Assembly (NCBI GenBank): GCA_039811685.1
Contig: JBDHZC010000001.1
Span: 320,001 to 384,000, forward strand
Source: Armatimonadota bacterium
GTDB lineage: Bacteria > Armatimonadota > UBA5829 > DSUL01
Direction of reading: 5' to 3'
DNA length: 64,000 nucleotides
The translations under genes and the position numbers were made by a program. This document shows positions 61,338-64,000 of this stretch, piece by piece. A model generated the notes under the pieces. It saw nothing but the letters and a program-made list of their open reading frames with translations, was not told the origin of the DNA and searched no databases. The stretch's first letter is position 1. Each line of letters starts with the position of its first letter.

Positions 61338-62315
61338 CTAAGCTGAGGCGGGCAGATTATGCGGTGTGGAAAGGGTTGAATCCTCAGGCTCTGCCAGACC
61401 CTCAGCCTCAGCCCGGACGACCGCCTGCAGCGCCGCCAAAGCGACCTCTACCTGGTTATCCGAGGGTGGACGCGTCGTGATGAGCTGCAGCGCCAGACCT
61501 GGCGCCAGTACCGCCCGCATCCATTTGCTGTGCGCGTTTCGGCCCGCCAGTCGTATGATCTCGTACGCCACACCCGCTACCAATGGTAGAAGCACCAGAC
61601 GAAGTGCGACGCGCTCTACAACTCCGCTCCACGGCAAGAGAGAAAAGGCGAAAATGCTCAGGACCAGCACAATCAAAATGAAATTTGTCCCGCAGCGCAT
61701 ATGAATCGTCCCAAAATCGCGGGTAGCATCCAGTGTCAGGGGTCGGTCTGCCTCGAAAGTGTTAATTGCCCGATGCTCTGCGCCGTGGTATTGAAAAACC
61801 TCGCGAATGTTGGGCATCAGGCCCACCATCGTAACATAGGCGAGAAAAAACACTACCTTAGTGACACCTTCGACAAGGTTCAGTTGGAAACGGGTATGGA
61901 GCAGGCTTCCCTTCATGAGACCCGCGATGACGCTTGGCAGGACGATGAAAAGCAACACGCCAAAGCCGAGCCCAAAGACCAGAGAGCCGCCTATGGCAAT
62001 ATCTGTGACCCTTCCCGAAGCCTTCTGCGTGCCCTGCGAGTCTGATCCGGCTGCACCCACGGTATCCTCCATTGCGAGTGAAGCGGACCACATCAGCGCG
62101 CGGATGCCCAGATTCATGGCATCCACAAGCGCCAGCGCCCCTCTTACCATCGGCCATTTCAGCGGCGACGCCCGCTTGACGAGTGGGACGCGCTCCACGC
62201 GCGTCGTTATCTCTCCGCTTTCTCTACGGCAGCTGACCGCGAAATATCGTGGGCTGCGCATCATGACGCCCTTAATAACCGCCTGGCCGCCATACATCAT
62301 TGGCTCACTGGACAA
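61338..62315 (-). CDS. DUF1385 membrane protein
   Basis: GGQAV..GVMMR, FQYHGAEH, HMRCGTNF; TTG 62315 follows GGAG (start uncertain). Confidence 0.88.
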   Translation of the reverse strand: MSSEPMMYGGQAVIKGVMMRSPRYFAVSCRRESGEITTRVERVPLVKRASPLKWPMVRGALALVDAMNLGIRALMWSASLAMEDTVGAAGSDSQGTQKASGRVTDIAIGGSLVFGLGFGVLLFIVLPSVIAGLMKGSLLHTRFQLNLVEGVTKVVFFLAYVTMVGLMPNIREVFQYHGAEHRAINTFEADRPLTLDATRDFGTIHMRCGTNFILIVLVLSIFAFSLLPWSGVVERVALRLVLLPLVAGVAYEIIRLAGRNAHSKWMRAVLAPGLALQLITTRPPSDNQVEVALAALQAVVRAEAEGLAEPEDSTLSTPHNLPASA

Positions 62316-62426
62316 ATCGACGCTCCATATGCGAGCTATGCACGCAACCCTAACCGTTCCGTACAAAGCGCGAAGTAGTCAGAGCTGTGGAAGATGGCAG
62401 GCCTGAGTGCTCCTGGATACAGAATC

Positions 62427-62654
62427 TCAGTTCTTGCTCTTCTTCTGCTCCTCCATCTTCTTTCCATACCGCTGCATGAACTTTTCGACACGCCCCTCTG
62501 TATCGACGATCTTCTGCTTGCCTGTATAGAACGGATGGCAGGCTCCACAGATTTCGACGTGAAGCTCTGGCTTGATGGAGCGCGTGGGATACTCTGCTCC
62601 GCAGGCGCAGACTATCTTGGCGTCGACATAATGGGGATGAATTCCGGCTTTCAT
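62427..62654 (-). CDS. rpmE: 50S ribosomal protein L31 (zinc-binding type)
   Basis: [26 protein letters not shown]. Confidence 0.96.
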   Translation of the reverse strand: MKAGIHPHYVDAKIVCACGAEYPTRSIKPELHVEICGACHPFYTGKQKIVDTEGRVEKFMQRYGKKMEEQKKSKN

Positions 62655-62972
62655 AGTTATTCCTCGTAGAGCCCGGGAAATCCGGGCGTTGGTGGCGCGC
62701 GTGAAGGCTGATCTGTGCGCAGACAGCTCTCTTTGAGTCAACGAATATCAGGCGGGGATAGTGCCCACCCGCGCGCGATAGAAGCACATGTTCCCAAAAA
62801 CAACCAGTTTACTTCAATACCACATTCCACGCCTGTTATGCAATCAATCAATGCCGGGCGGGTGCGCGTCTTGTTCATGGCGAACATGTGTACGGCATGA
62901 TTTGTTGGCGCTGGTGTCGAAGTTTCCCTTCTGAGGCTGCGTGAGGCAGCTTCGAGAGGAGAGGCAAAGAGG

Positions 62973-64000
62973 ATGTGTGAGGATCGCAAGGACAAGATCG
63001 AGCAGTTGACGCAGCGGTTTCGTGAGTTGCTGGAGGAGAAGTTTCCCGGGAAGGGCTCAACGCTGGCGCAGATCGAGGAGTTGACCGAGGAGATAGGTCA
63101 GGCCATCGAGGCCGAGATTGAGGACAGCGCCATTGGTGAGCAAGGGGATGGGAAGGAGTGCAGGGGGGCGTTCTGCGCTTGCGGGAGGAAGGCCCGCTAT
63201 GTCCGCAACTATATCAAGGAGGTGGTCACGCTTCACGGGCTGCGGCGGATCAGCCGCGCCTACTACAGTTGCCGGGTCTGCAGCCGTGGGTTTGCGCCAC
63301 TGGACAAGCAGCTTGGCCTTGACGGCGGCGGCACGACACTTCCGGTGCGGGCGAAGATCGCGCGGATAGCGGCGCTGGCGCCGTTTGAGCGGTGCGCCTG
63401 CGAGTTGCGTGAGCTGTGCGGGCTGGATGTGTCGGCCAAGACGGTGGAGCGTGTTGCGGAAGCAGTGGGCAAGGCGATAGGGGAGGAAGCTGCCGCGCGC
63501 GACGCAGAGATCATCTCAGGGAGCGTCCCTGAGCCGGCCTGCTCTCCAGAACGGTTGTATGTGACGGTGGATGGAGTGATGGCGTCGGTGGACAAGGGGT
63601 GGCGTGAGTGCAAGGTCGGTGCTGTATATGAGACGAGAGCCGCTGCTGACGGCCGGGCCGAGGCCGTCCACATCGAGCATACCGCGACCTTTGGCGACGC
63701 TGAGGCGATCGGTGACAAGCTGTATGCGCTGGCGTTCCGGCGGGGTGTGGTTCGCGCAAAGCAGACGGTGGTGCTGGGAGACGGCGCCCGATGGATATGG
63801 AACCAGGCGCGGGACAACTTCCCGGGGGCAGTGGAGATCGTGGACTTCTTCCATGCCGCTGAGCATCTGGCGGAGGTGGCCAACAGCTGGCATGGGTTCG
63901 GCACGAGGAAGGCCGAGGGTTGGCTGAGGAGGGCAAAGCAGGACTTGCTCGAGGGACGCCATGCGCGTGTGATGCGGTCCATCGTGGCCTGGAGGCCAGC
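62973..64000 (+). mobile_element. ISKra4-like (UPF0236-type) DDE transposase, truncated by the window end
   Basis: Hand translation open to the edge: C.CG, RAYYSCRVC, PLDKQLGL, LYVTVDG, GDGARWIW, IVDFFHAAEHL; absent from the ORF track because there is no stop in the window. Confidence 0.85.

Overview
Chromosomal window from a moderately GC-rich diderm bacterium. The gene repertoire (PEP-CTERM proteins, a DUF1559-type prepilin-like protein, a DUF6785-type membrane protein, GuaB3) suggests Armatimonadota; this is an inference. 1-33 kb holds accessory genes: proteases, glycoside hydrolases (GH127, GH116), a ThuA-ApbE-Tat oxidoreductase-PmoA-like operon, rhamnulokinase, an ECF sigma module and secreted proteins. 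33.6-48.7 kb is a BREX type 1-like anti-phage locus (brxA-brxB-brxC-pglX-pglZ-brxL). Its pglX is split at the methyltransferase/target-recognition boundary by an AbiE type IV toxin-antitoxin cassette, and a HigBA-like type II TA sits between pglX and pglZ. Each TA has its own palindromic operator-like site and is translationally coupled to the BREX gene that follows it. 49-62.7 kb is housekeeping (DUF151, rho with a long structured leader, hpt, guaA, guaB3, tsaC, prmC, prfA, rpmE). An ISKra4-like transposase runs off the right edge. No rRNA, tRNA or CRISPR array was seen. All family assignments come from motif recognition, not database searches.
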